Source of the DNA: Candidatus Eiseniibacteriota bacterium
GTDB lineage: Bacteria; Joyebacterota; Joyebacteria; Joyebacterales; Joyebacteraceae
Assembly (NCBI GenBank): GCA_043819135.1
Contig: JBDRFG010000033.1
Location: 741-64,740 of the forward strand
Direction: 5' to 3'
DNA: 64,000 bases
The notes beneath the pieces were generated by a model. It was given only the letters and a program-made list of their open reading frames with translations, was not told the origin of the DNA and did not search any database. Of the stretch, positions 1-8,018 are shown piece by piece; position 1 is the first letter of the stretch; each line of letters opens with the position of its first letter. The translations under genes and the position numbers were made by a program.

Positions 1-378
1 TGAACAGCTTCATAGCACTTCCCTCCATGGTTAACATCGATTGAAGACCCCTACTCCTGCCCCATGCCCCTCCGCCAACTACAGGCACACAGGCCAAGAA
101 CTCAGATCCTCCTTCCTGGGTGTGCCCCGCCGAGCGTCGTGTGGTGTCAGCTCGTGACGTCGCAACTCGTGCCGACGCGTCCGCCGGGCGGCCACATACT
201 GGATTCGCCAGACTGGTTCGACCTCTCTCATCCAAACGGAGCACACTCTAGCACAGCGCCGATTTCTGCCAAGCAGAAAATGGATGGGGCGCGGCGCAAT
301 ATCCGGGCCACTCCGGGTGCGGAGTAGCTCTAAGCTGCCGAAACACCCCGAACTGTGGGCCTCCTCAGGGCAAGGCGG

Positions 379-741
379 CTACGAGAGAACTTTCTCATCT
401 TCTTCTCGCCAAGCTGGGTCGACTATGCAAAGGAATTCCAGGTCGTGGTCGCCCGCGTTCTCGACCCACTGCTCAGCACCCGCCGGGACCGCGACGGTGT
501 GGCCCGGGCCGACGGTTCTGAACTCGTCCCCCACATGCATGACGCCGGTTCCGGCGAGAAAGTAGTAGACCTCCACGGTGGCCATCCGGTGTCTCACTGA
601 CGCCTCGCCCACTCCAACCGTGGCGTGGGCCAGGCTGTAACGGATGTCCACGGGGTCCCTCTCCGGGTGCAGGATCTCCCGCAGTCTGGAATAGTCCGCC
701 ACCGGTACGGGCGTGAGGCTGGCGATGTCCTTCGTCAACAT
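379..741 (-). CDS. cupin domain protein
   Basis: Frame of track ORF 379..849. Start moved to ATG 741 (MLTKDIASL...), which has GGAGGA 5 nt upstream. The cupin beta-barrel signature is visible (...VRHRMATVEVYYFLAGTGVMHVGDE...GHTVAVPAGAEQWVEN). Confidence 0.75.
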   Translation of the reverse strand: MLTKDIASLTPVPVADYSRLREILHPERDPVDIRYSLAHATVGVGEASVRHRMATVEVYYFLAGTGVMHVGDEFRTVGPGHTVAVPAGAEQWVENAGDHDLEFLCIVDPAWREEDEKVLS

Positions 742-954
742 GGGTTCCTCCGACGGTATGGCGTGGTCAGGGTCAGCGGGCCTGGCGGACGCCCTCATCG
801 TGAGCGCGCAGACGGGATTCTGCCAGAACTGCCGGCGCGGGGCAAGCAAGCGTCACCCAATCATCTCTTGTCTTGGGCGGCGAAATCATATATTCTCTCC
901 CTCTCTTTGATGGTATTCAACAATTGTAGGGGGCCTGCTCACAAGGAGGGGGAG

Positions 955-2400
955 ATGTATCGTGCAGCTATTTTGGCGATCGTGCTGCCGCTGCTTCTCG
1001 TCGCGTCCGCCGGCGGACAGGGGTGGACGGATGATCTGGGGCTTGGAATAGCGATCGGCGTCATGCAGCCAAGCGGGGGAGACGAGAGCTACGAGGACAT
1101 GGGGCTCACGTTCGGTCTCAGGATGAAGAAACCGCTGACCGAGAACATGTCGGTCACGCTTGACTATCACCACGGCGAGACCGAGAGCGGCGAGCCGCCC
1201 TCGGCTGGAACATCGGATCGGTTCTTCACCTGGGGAGCGACCGACTACCTCAAGACGAACTGGAACTACGTCGGTCTCAAGGCAACATACGATTTCAGCT
1301 CCGACGCCGATTTCGTTCCCTATGTAGGCTTTGGACTCGGCATGACGATGTGGGAGGTCCAGGACTGGACAGAGTACGCATCCTCACCGGGAGTCGTGCC
1401 GGAAGGCTACGACGCCGACGGCAAGAAGAACAAGCTGGCCGGCACTAACCTGACGGCAAGCATCGGTGCCGGCGTGGAGTTCTTCCTCAGCGAGAAGATG
1501 TCGCTCGATCTCGGCGGCAGCTACAGCTTCCTGCTTCAGCAGGACCTGGACAACATCGGCTTCAGCTCCATACCAGGCTACGGCGCGGACTATGTCGATG
1601 CCAACAGCTCGGTCATCGAAGGCTCCATCGCGCTGATGTTCCACTTCGGCGCGGGCGACTGTGACGAGGACGGCATCTTCGGCAGCCAGGACAAGTGCCC
1701 GAGAGAGAAGGAAGACTTCGACGGGTTCGAGGACGAGGACGGCTGCCCCGACCCCGATAACGACATGGACGGGATCCTCGACGTCGACGATCAGTGTCCG
1801 GACGACGCCGAGGACTTCGACGGGTTCGAGGACGAGGACGGCTGCCCGGACGTCGATCGAGACGGCGACGGCATCATGGATATGGACGATGCGTGTCCGG
1901 ATGACCCAGAGGACTTCGACGGGTTCAAGGACGCCGACGGTTGTCCGGATCCCGACAACGACGGAGACGGCGTGCTTGACGGCGACGACCAGTGTCCCGA
2001 CACGCCGGCCGGGACCATCGTAGACGCGGTGGGCTGCGAGAAGGCCGAGCCGAAGCCCGAGCTTCTGGCTGTCATGGTGAACTTCGACCTCGACAAGGCC
2101 GTTCTCAAGCCGATGGCAATCACGAAGCTCGACGCGCTGCTCGTCCTCCTGCTCGAGGAGGAGTCCATCACGATCGACATTGGCGGGTTCACGTCCGACG
2201 AGGGTTCGGACGACTACAACCAGGCTCTTTCCGAGCGCAGGGCGGTAGCCGTCAGAGACTACCTGAGGAGTAAGGGTGTCGATGAGGCGCGGCTCACTGT
2301 AGTAGGCTACGGTGAGCAGCAGCCGCTCGTGCCGAACGACAATGAGATGAACAGAAGCCAGAACAGAAGGGCGATGGTGACGCCTGTATACCCCGAATAG
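955..2400 (+). CDS. OmpA-family outer membrane protein with thrombospondin type-3 Ca-binding repeats
   Basis: Frame of track ORF 625..2400. ATG 955 follows AAGGAGGGGGAG. Signal peptide MYRAAILAIVLPLLLVASAGGQG. The N-terminal region is beta-barrel-like. Three DxDxDGxxDxxDxCP repeats follow. The C-terminal OmpA/MotB peptidoglycan-binding domain is present (...YNQALSERRAVAVRDYL...NRRAMV). Confidence 0.85.
   Translation: MYRAAILAIVLPLLLVASAGGQGWTDDLGLGIAIGVMQPSGGDESYEDMGLTFGLRMKKPLTENMSVTLDYHHGETESGEPPSAGTSDRFFTWGATDYLKTNWNYVGLKATYDFSSDADFVPYVGFGLGMTMWEVQDWTEYASSPGVVPEGYDADGKKNKLAGTNLTASIGAGVEFFLSEKMSLDLGGSYSFLLQQDLDNIGFSSIPGYGADYVDANSSVIEGSIALMFHFGAGDCDEDGIFGSQDKCPREKEDFDGFEDEDGCPDPDNDMDGILDVDDQCPDDAEDFDGFEDEDGCPDVDRDGDGIMDMDDACPDDPEDFDGFKDADGCPDPDNDGDGVLDGDDQCPDTPAGTIVDAVGCEKAEPKPELLAVMVNFDLDKAVLKPMAITKLDALLVLLLEEESITIDIGGFTSDEGSDDYNQALSERRAVAVRDYLRSKGVDEARLTVVGYGEQQPLVPNDNEMNRSQNRRAMVTPVYPE
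1690..1986 (+). repeat. 3 x 99-bp in-frame tandem repeat encoding thrombospondin type-3 repeats
   Basis: Units are 1690-1788, 1789-1887 and 1888-1986. Each encodes D-x-CP-x4-DFDGF-x-D-x-DGCPD-x-D-x-D-x-DG-x-x-D-x-D. A long DNA-level core (gaggacttcgacgggttcgaggacgaggacggctgccc) is shared. Confidence 0.9.
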
Positions 2401-2450
2401 GTTCTTGCAGGAAAGGCGCCATCGACTGCCTTTTGCACGAAGAACGGACG

Positions 2451-2486
2451 GAGCGGGTCCCTCGGGCCCGCTCTGTTCTGTTTCTC
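2451..2486 (+). terminator. rho-independent terminator after the OmpA-like gene
   Basis: GAGCGGGTCC-ctc-GGGCCCGCTC hairpin (10 bp, one mismatch) followed by the T-rich tgttctgtttctc. It lies 50 nt after the stop codon. Confidence 0.65.
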
Positions 2487-2575
2487 GGGGGGCGGAGGGC
2501 TCGCCACGAGCGGTCCGCCAATCGCTTGCCGCGAGGCGTCCCACGCGCCACGCGGAGGGCAGATCGGCCCGAGGA

Positions 2576-2591
2576 TGGCACACACCTTGCT
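2576..2591 (+). promoter_or_regulatory. sigma-54 (-24/-12) promoter
   Basis: TGGCAC-acacc-TTGCT matches the TGGCAC-N5-TTGCW consensus exactly. It lies about 105 nt upstream of ATG 2698. Confidence 0.7.
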
Positions 2592-2697
2592 AAACTTAGA
2601 ACACGTATGCTTGTATCGGCGCGCCCGCCCTCTCGTTGAGAGATGAGCGGGAGCCGCCGGTGTGTCTCTTGGGCGGCGTCTGAAGCGAGGACCAGAC

Positions 2698-4005
2698 ATG
2701 GCTGAACGTGCCTCTTCGTCAACTAGGAAGAAGATACTGGTTGTCGCGCGCGACGACCGCGCCGGCGAGCGCCTCGCCCGTTGGCTGGTTGATTCCGGCT
2801 ATCAACTGGCTCGGTACAAAGAGGCCAGAAGGCTCGTTGAGATGGCCGACGAGGAGAAGCCCGACCTCGCAGTCGTGAGCCTTGAAGGTATGAGCGACGA
2901 AGAGAGGGCCACGATGGTCTCGCTCTGTTCCGAGAGTGCCGTGCCGGCGCCGACACTCGTGCTCACAACGGACGGGGACGGGATGAGTGGCTTCGTTCGC
3001 GGCGAGTGCAGCCTTGACTGGATGGACGAGGACGCCGGCCCGGAGAAGCTCCTGGGACGCGTGCGTGCCATGCTGCGCGTCGCGTCAGACGCGAGCCAGG
3101 AGCCAGGGGCGGGCAAGCGTGACCGACTGACCAAGGTCTACAACAGGCGCTACTTCGACGAGCGCCTCGACATGGAGATCGAGCGCGCGAGAAGGTATGG
3201 TCGCAAGACCTCGTGCGTCATGGTGGACATCGATGGATTCAAGGACGTCAACAGTAAGCACGGGCATCAGGCCGGAGACGGCGTGCTGAAGGTCCTGGCC
3301 GACGTGCTTCTGTCGAGCACACGCTCCTCCGATGTTGTGGCGCGTTACGGAGGCGAGGAGTTCGTCGTCATACTGCCGGAGTCCGCCAGCAACGAGGCGG
3401 CCGTGCTGGCCGAGAGGCTGCGCCGCGCGTTCGAGGCTCGCAAGACGTGTCCGGGAGACGGGGAGTCCGTAGTGACGGTCAGCTGCGGCGTCGCCACGTA
3501 CCCGGACCACGCCAGAGATTCGGCGACGCTCCTGCGAATGGTGGACTCGGCGCTCTACCGTGCGAAGTCCGAAGGCTGTAACCGCTGCGTTGTGGCCTTC
3601 TCCGAGATGGACGATGGTTTCGAATCCGAGGACATCACGGCGGGGAGGATCCTCATCGTCGAGGGCGACGACTACGACCGGTGCGTCGCGTCGCTGGTTC
3701 TGCGGGCCAGCGGCTACGAGGTTCTGGAGGCCACAGACGGAGAGCTCGGAGTCTCTCTTGCAAGATCGTCACATCCGGACCTTGTCATCGTCGACCTGCA
3801 GCTCGTCGGCATGAGCGGCATCGAGGCGACCAGACAGATCATTCAGATGGACGAGATGAAGGACATCCCCGTGGTTGCCCTGACTCGCGGGGACATTCCG
3901 GACAATCTCGAAGAGCTGGCGCGCGTCGGCTGCAGGGGTTACATAACCAAACCCATAGACACCAGCATGCTGGCCGCACAGATCCAACTCTATCTGAGCG
4001 AATAG
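2698..4005 (+). CDS. diguanylate cyclase response regulator (pseudo-receiver - GGDEF - receiver)
   Basis: ATG 2698 has GAGGA 6 nt upstream (the track ORF starts at GTG 2662). The N-terminal REC-like domain has Ser at the phospho-acceptor position (DLAVVSLEG). The GGDEF domain has an intact GGEEF and an RSSD (RxxD) I-site 5 residues upstream. The C-terminal REC domain is canonical (VIVDLQL...VVALT...ITKP). Confidence 0.85.
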   Translation: MAERASSSTRKKILVVARDDRAGERLARWLVDSGYQLARYKEARRLVEMADEEKPDLAVVSLEGMSDEERATMVSLCSESAVPAPTLVLTTDGDGMSGFVRGECSLDWMDEDAGPEKLLGRVRAMLRVASDASQEPGAGKRDRLTKVYNRRYFDERLDMEIERARRYGRKTSCVMVDIDGFKDVNSKHGHQAGDGVLKVLADVLLSSTRSSDVVARYGGEEFVVILPESASNEAAVLAERLRRAFEARKTCPGDGESVVTVSCGVATYPDHARDSATLLRMVDSALYRAKSEGCNRCVVAFSEMDDGFESEDITAGRILIVEGDDYDRCVASLVLRASGYEVLEATDGELGVSLARSSHPDLVIVDLQLVGMSGIEATRQIIQMDEMKDIPVVALTRGDIPDNLEELARVGCRGYITKPIDTSMLAAQIQLYLSE

Positions 4006-4240
4006 AGGGAGGTCGGGCGGCTCCCGCCCGACGGGGACGTGGTGGACGGTTTCAGCTCGTTAGCGGTCGGCGGAATGCGCCGGCCGCTGTCCGCGTACGC
4101 CTCCGCCGGCTCATCAGGCCCGCCGGGCCGCCCGCCCCGCCACGCCGCGCGGCCGTACCACCGCCCCGCCCAGCCGAGCCCTTGCACCGACGGCCGCTCG
4201 TCTATATGGTGGGATCCATCATCGTCGGCGCGGAGGACAC

Positions 4241-5848
4241 ATGGAAGCGGACAGAAGGGCTCTGAGCACGACCCTGATCGCGGCGCTTGCGACGACGGTC
4301 ATTGTTCTCGCCGGCTGCGCGCCGCGCCCGCCCACGGGGCGCGAGCCCGTCTCGGACGAAGCGACGAGGAGCGAACGCCATTGGACCTGCAGATCGCTCG
4401 ACCCTGTCGGGGCCGAGCGCGTCGCTGGGCTGACGGAATTATGGACGGTCGAGAGCGGTAGCATGCTCTCGGCTCATCATACAGGACGGACGGACGACGG
4501 TTCTCCCGGGCGGTCGACCCGGAATGACGCCGTGGCGGACGCCATCGCTTCCGCCGCGGACGCGGCACTGGACCTTCTGGAGCAGCGCGGGGTCTCGTAC
4601 GGCACAGACAAACGACAGGAAATAGTCGATGAAGTCGTCGATGCGGCGGTGCGGGGGGCGGACTTCGTTTTCCCGCGCATGACGGTGGTCGCGCGCAACT
4701 GGGACGAATGCGTCGCGGTCGCAGACGACACGTCGGCCGACGCCGACACTTCCTGGCGAGCCGCCGTTCTCGTGGAGTATCCGATAGGACTTCTGAGGGG
4801 CGACGTCAACAACGTCGTGTGGGAGCGAGGCAGGGCCGCCAACGAGGCTGAGGTGCTCGTGGCGTCCGCGGATGAACATCTGGCAGCCGGTCGGTGGCAC
4901 GATGGACTTCTGGACGCGGCTGCGGTCGTCCACGTCGTCCGCGAGACGGGGGTGCGGCTCTCGCGAGTAGCGGAGGCGTCACCAGCAACCGAGAGTGACG
5001 GACCGTCCTCGATCGACGACCGGCTCCGTGAGGCACTCCGATGGTCCCGAGTCGCCTCTGACGCGGCGACTCGTCTTCACGCGCGCCCCGTCGGGAGCGT
5101 TGATGTTCTGGAGACAGGCGCGGCAACGGGCGCAACGGTTCAGTTCCACTGCACATATGAATGGAACGGACGGGTCGTCGCTGCCGTTGGCGTGCCGGTG
5201 AGGTTCGAGATGCCCGGAGCTTCCGCCGTGCTGCACGCTGATCCATTGACCGACGGGTCCGGGGCGGCGACGTGTCGCATACTGGCGGCCTATGGCCCGC
5301 CAGGCGAATACGAACTTACCGTCAGCGTGGACACGGCGGCCGCTCACGCTGCTCTAACCTGGTCGTTGTCGGCCGGCGCGCGAACGGATACGCATGACCT
5401 CACCGAGCTCCACCGGTTCGCTCCACTGGCCGGCCACACGGTTCATCTGGTGGCGGGGGCGCACGCGATCTCGGTCTGCGCGACGTTCGGCGATCAGGAT
5501 GACGCCGCGGCCGCCCAGGTGATGGCGGGATTCATCCGAAGAACGGAGCGCGACGGTTTCAGGACCGGCCGGTGTGATCCGGACGTGAACGTGATTGTCA
5601 CGGGGGAGTTTTCGCTGACCGCGCACGAAGAGCCCGATCTCTGGGTGGCTCAGGTGACGCTCTCGGCGGCGGCCTTCGATCAGAGGACGGCGTCCGGGCT
5701 TGGGGCAACCCGCGTCCGGGCGACGCAGACGTCCGACGCCGAGGACGGGGAGCCGGGGAGGCGCGAAGCCGAGGTGCTTGCTCTCAAAGAGGCCGGACGG
5801 CTTATGGCCGTCTACTTCGGGCCGCGCATGTTGGCATCAGGCAGATAA
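4241..5848 (+). CDS. hypothetical lipoprotein (535 aa)
   Basis: GGAGGA-cac-ATG. Signal peptide with lipobox (VIVLAGC). No family recognised. The C-terminal ~100 aa has an LpoB/CsgG-like alternating pattern, which is a weak impression only. Confidence 0.6.
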   Translation: MEADRRALSTTLIAALATTVIVLAGCAPRPPTGREPVSDEATRSERHWTCRSLDPVGAERVAGLTELWTVESGSMLSAHHTGRTDDGSPGRSTRNDAVADAIASAADAALDLLEQRGVSYGTDKRQEIVDEVVDAAVRGADFVFPRMTVVARNWDECVAVADDTSADADTSWRAAVLVEYPIGLLRGDVNNVVWERGRAANEAEVLVASADEHLAAGRWHDGLLDAAAVVHVVRETGVRLSRVAEASPATESDGPSSIDDRLREALRWSRVASDAATRLHARPVGSVDVLETGAATGATVQFHCTYEWNGRVVAAVGVPVRFEMPGASAVLHADPLTDGSGAATCRILAAYGPPGEYELTVSVDTAAAHAALTWSLSAGARTDTHDLTELHRFAPLAGHTVHLVAGAHAISVCATFGDQDDAAAAQVMAGFIRRTERDGFRTGRCDPDVNVIVTGEFSLTAHEEPDLWVAQVTLSAAAFDQRTASGLGATRVRATQTSDAEDGEPGRREAEVLALKEAGRLMAVYFGPRMLASGR

Positions 5849-5870
5849 TCCGGGTGGATTCCCGGGGCGT

Positions 5871-6653
5871 CTATCGACGTGTCGATGAGTTGGGCGTCTC
5901 GTCTCGCGCGTTCGACACAACAACCACGAACGCGCTTCCCGGGTCCGCGTAACGCAGCGTGAAGAGTCCCCAGCCATCTCCGGAGACGTTCCCCTGAGCA
6001 CCGCTCTCCGGAAACGGACCCGTCACGGCCGTCACGGTCCCAACCACGATCCCCTCGAGAGCGACGACCTCAGGCGCGAACACGGCGAACGTGTCACGCG
6101 TGACCGTCGATAGAGTGAGCGTGTCCCGACCGCCCAGGACCGCTGCGTTCGACGCTCCGGCATCAGGTTCGAGGATCCCCGACACCTCGTAGTAGTCTGC
6201 GCCCGTCGCCTTCCCCCACGTGAGCGTCAAGGTATCGCCCAGTGAGATCTCCACGGGCGCGATCACCACGGCCGCATCGGGCACAACGGCGGTGGCCGTA
6301 GCGTAGCCGTAGTTGGTGGTCACCTCGAGCACGCACGATGTCCCTGACCGCCATATCACCACGTCATCGTCGAGCGTCGCGAGAGCGCTGAGGTCACCGG
6401 ACGGTCCGACGTATGGCAGCTCCCGCCCGTTGATGAACGCGATGAGAAGAGAGGGCGACGGGTCGGCGGTGCAGACGACCTCGGCGTGTGTCGATCCTCC
6501 TCGATCGTCCGAGTTCTGCACGACGCTCGCGGATACGTACGGCAGGGTATCGACGGGCTCCACCACCGGGCACGTGAGATCATCGGAGCAACCACCCGCG
6601 AGCAGTACGGTCGAGGCGGCCACGGCAATGAAAGGAACGACTCTGCGCATCAT
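5871..6653 (-). CDS. hypothetical lipoprotein (260 aa)
   Basis: GGAG is 7 nt upstream of ATGATG. Signal peptide plus lipobox (MMRRVVPFIAVAASTVLLAGGC). The rest is beta-rich. It lies 51 nt downstream of the decarboxylase gene on the same strand. Confidence 0.6.
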   Translation of the reverse strand: MMRRVVPFIAVAASTVLLAGGCSDDLTCPVVEPVDTLPYVSASVVQNSDDRGGSTHAEVVCTADPSPSLLIAFINGRELPYVGPSGDLSALATLDDDVVIWRSGTSCVLEVTTNYGYATATAVVPDAAVVIAPVEISLGDTLTLTWGKATGADYYEVSGILEPDAGASNAAVLGGRDTLTLSTVTRDTFAVFAPEVVALEGIVVGTVTAVTGPFPESGAQGNVSGDGWGLFTLRYADPGSAFVVVVSNARDETPNSSTRR

Positions 6654-6704
6654 GTGTCTGCTCCGGATCGCGCCGCGGCAATGGAGACCGCGCGCTTCAC
6701 CCGA

Positions 6705-7964
6705 CTAGACCGAGCCGGGAAGGGGATTCTGCGTACGGATGAAATCCTCATACGTTCCACGTCTTCGCGCCTCGATGAGTTTCCCGTCCAGCACCAGGAC
6801 CTCGACGGGCGAGGGGTGCGACAGGAAGAGCTGCGGGCTCATCGAGAATCCGTAGGCGCCGGCGTTGAAGATACCGACGAGGTCATCGATCGCTATGTCC
6901 TCGGGAACCTGGATCTGCTCACTGGTGATGTCGATAGGCGTGCAGAGAGGACCGGAGACCTTCGCCACGGTCGGGGTCGGCGAGCACAGCCTGCTGATTA
7001 CACGCGCCTCGTGGTTGACCTTCATGAGTACCGGACGCACGAACTGGTTGATCCCACCGTCGGTTATGACGAAGCGCTCTCCCCGCGACTCCTTGAGTTC
7101 GATGACCCGCGTGACGAAGACGCCGCACTCCGAGACGAGGTAGCGCCCGAGTTCCAGAATGAGGCGCATGTCCTTGCGATCCGAGAACGGCTTGAAGACC
7201 TCCTCGACGCGCGCGCCGACGGCCGGCAGATCCAACGGGACCTCTTCCTTGTAGTGCGGAACCCCGAACCCGGCGCCGAAGTCTATCGCCATCAAGGGCT
7301 CGCCCGTGATCTTCTCCACGTGCTCGGCAGCAGCGACCGTGCGCCTGGCGTTCTCTATGATCTCGTCGGCGGCCAGGATCTGGCTGGCCGTGTATATGTG
7401 GATGCCGACGATCTCGACGGTGCGCCTGTCCCAGTGGTCGGCCAGGGCGTCAAGCTTCTCCTCGTCGATCCCGAACTTGCTGGGTCCCCCGGCCATCCGC
7501 TCGTGAAGGGGGCCGGCGGAGCCCCCGCCGGATTTTGACAGTCCAACCGTCGTGTTGATCCTGAGAGCCACGCGCGCCGGGATGCCCACCAGCTTCGCGA
7601 TGCGCGCGACACGCTCCAGCTCTCTCAGTGATTCCACGTTGATGGCGAAGACGTTCGCGATGATCGCGTCCTCGAGCTCCCGGTCGGTCTTGCCGGGCCC
7701 GGCGAACACGATGTCGAGCGGGTCGTGCCCCACTTCCTTGGCGAGGAAGAGCTCGCCCCCGGATGCGATCTCAGACCCGGCGCCGAGCTGTCTCAGAAGT
7801 CCCACCAGGGCGAACGAGGGGTTCGCCTTCATCGAGTAGAATACCTCGAACGACGGCAGCGCGCTCTTGAGCGCCGCGTATCGAGCGCAGACCATGTCGC
7901 CGTCGTAGACGTACATCGGCGTGCCGTGCCGGCCGACGATCGCCGTGACCTGGACGCCTCCCAC
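6705..7964 (-). CDS. type III PLP-dependent decarboxylase (Orn/DAP/Arg decarboxylase family, LysA-like)
   Basis: GTPMYVYD box, PLP lysine box YSMKANP, ELGRY, a GPLCTPID box in place of CESGD, and AGAYGFSMS. The first canonical start is GTG 7964, but homology appears to continue upstream. A CTG at 8003 has GGAGG 7 nt upstream (see findings). Confidence 0.8.
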   Translation of the reverse strand: MGGVQVTAIVGRHGTPMYVYDGDMVCARYAALKSALPSFEVFYSMKANPSFALVGLLRQLGAGSEIASGGELFLAKEVGHDPLDIVFAGPGKTDRELEDAIIANVFAINVESLRELERVARIAKLVGIPARVALRINTTVGLSKSGGGSAGPLHERMAGGPSKFGIDEEKLDALADHWDRRTVEIVGIHIYTASQILAADEIIENARRTVAAAEHVEKITGEPLMAIDFGAGFGVPHYKEEVPLDLPAVGARVEEVFKPFSDRKDMRLILELGRYLVSECGVFVTRVIELKESRGERFVITDGGINQFVRPVLMKVNHEARVISRLCSPTPTVAKVSGPLCTPIDITSEQIQVPEDIAIDDLVGIFNAGAYGFSMSPQLFLSHPSPVEVLVLDGKLIEARRRGTYEDFIRTQNPLPGSV

Positions 7965-8018
7965 CTCGAGGATGCCGTCGGTCTCTTTGAAGTTTCTGAA
8001 CAGGGTGCTTCCTCCCGT

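Noticed and set aside
1-28. Apparent 5' end of a leftward (minus-strand) gene: GGAGGGAAGTGCT-ATG-AAG-CTG-TTC-A, running off the window
   Set aside because: Only 4-9 codons are visible, so the product cannot be identified and coding cannot be confirmed. It is not reported as a feature.
64-378. Track ORFs 64-327, 284-565 and 355-600, and a GGTTCGACC motif near 216 that superficially resembles a tRNA T-arm
   Set aside because: The ORFs are low-complexity with no SD or homology, and they overlap the cupin gene antisense. No acceptor, D or anticodon stems can be drawn around the motif. I treat the region as intergenic.
868-896. Possible promoter (TTGTCT-N15-TATATT) upstream of the OmpA-like gene
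   Set aside because: The spacer is too short for the best hexamers and the alternative registers have poor -35 boxes, so the call is not supportable by eye.
1690-2010. Regularly spaced repeats that might be mistaken for a CRISPR-like array
   Set aside because: The repeats are in frame and contiguous with no spacers. They encode a known protein repeat (thrombospondin type 3) inside a well-supported CDS.
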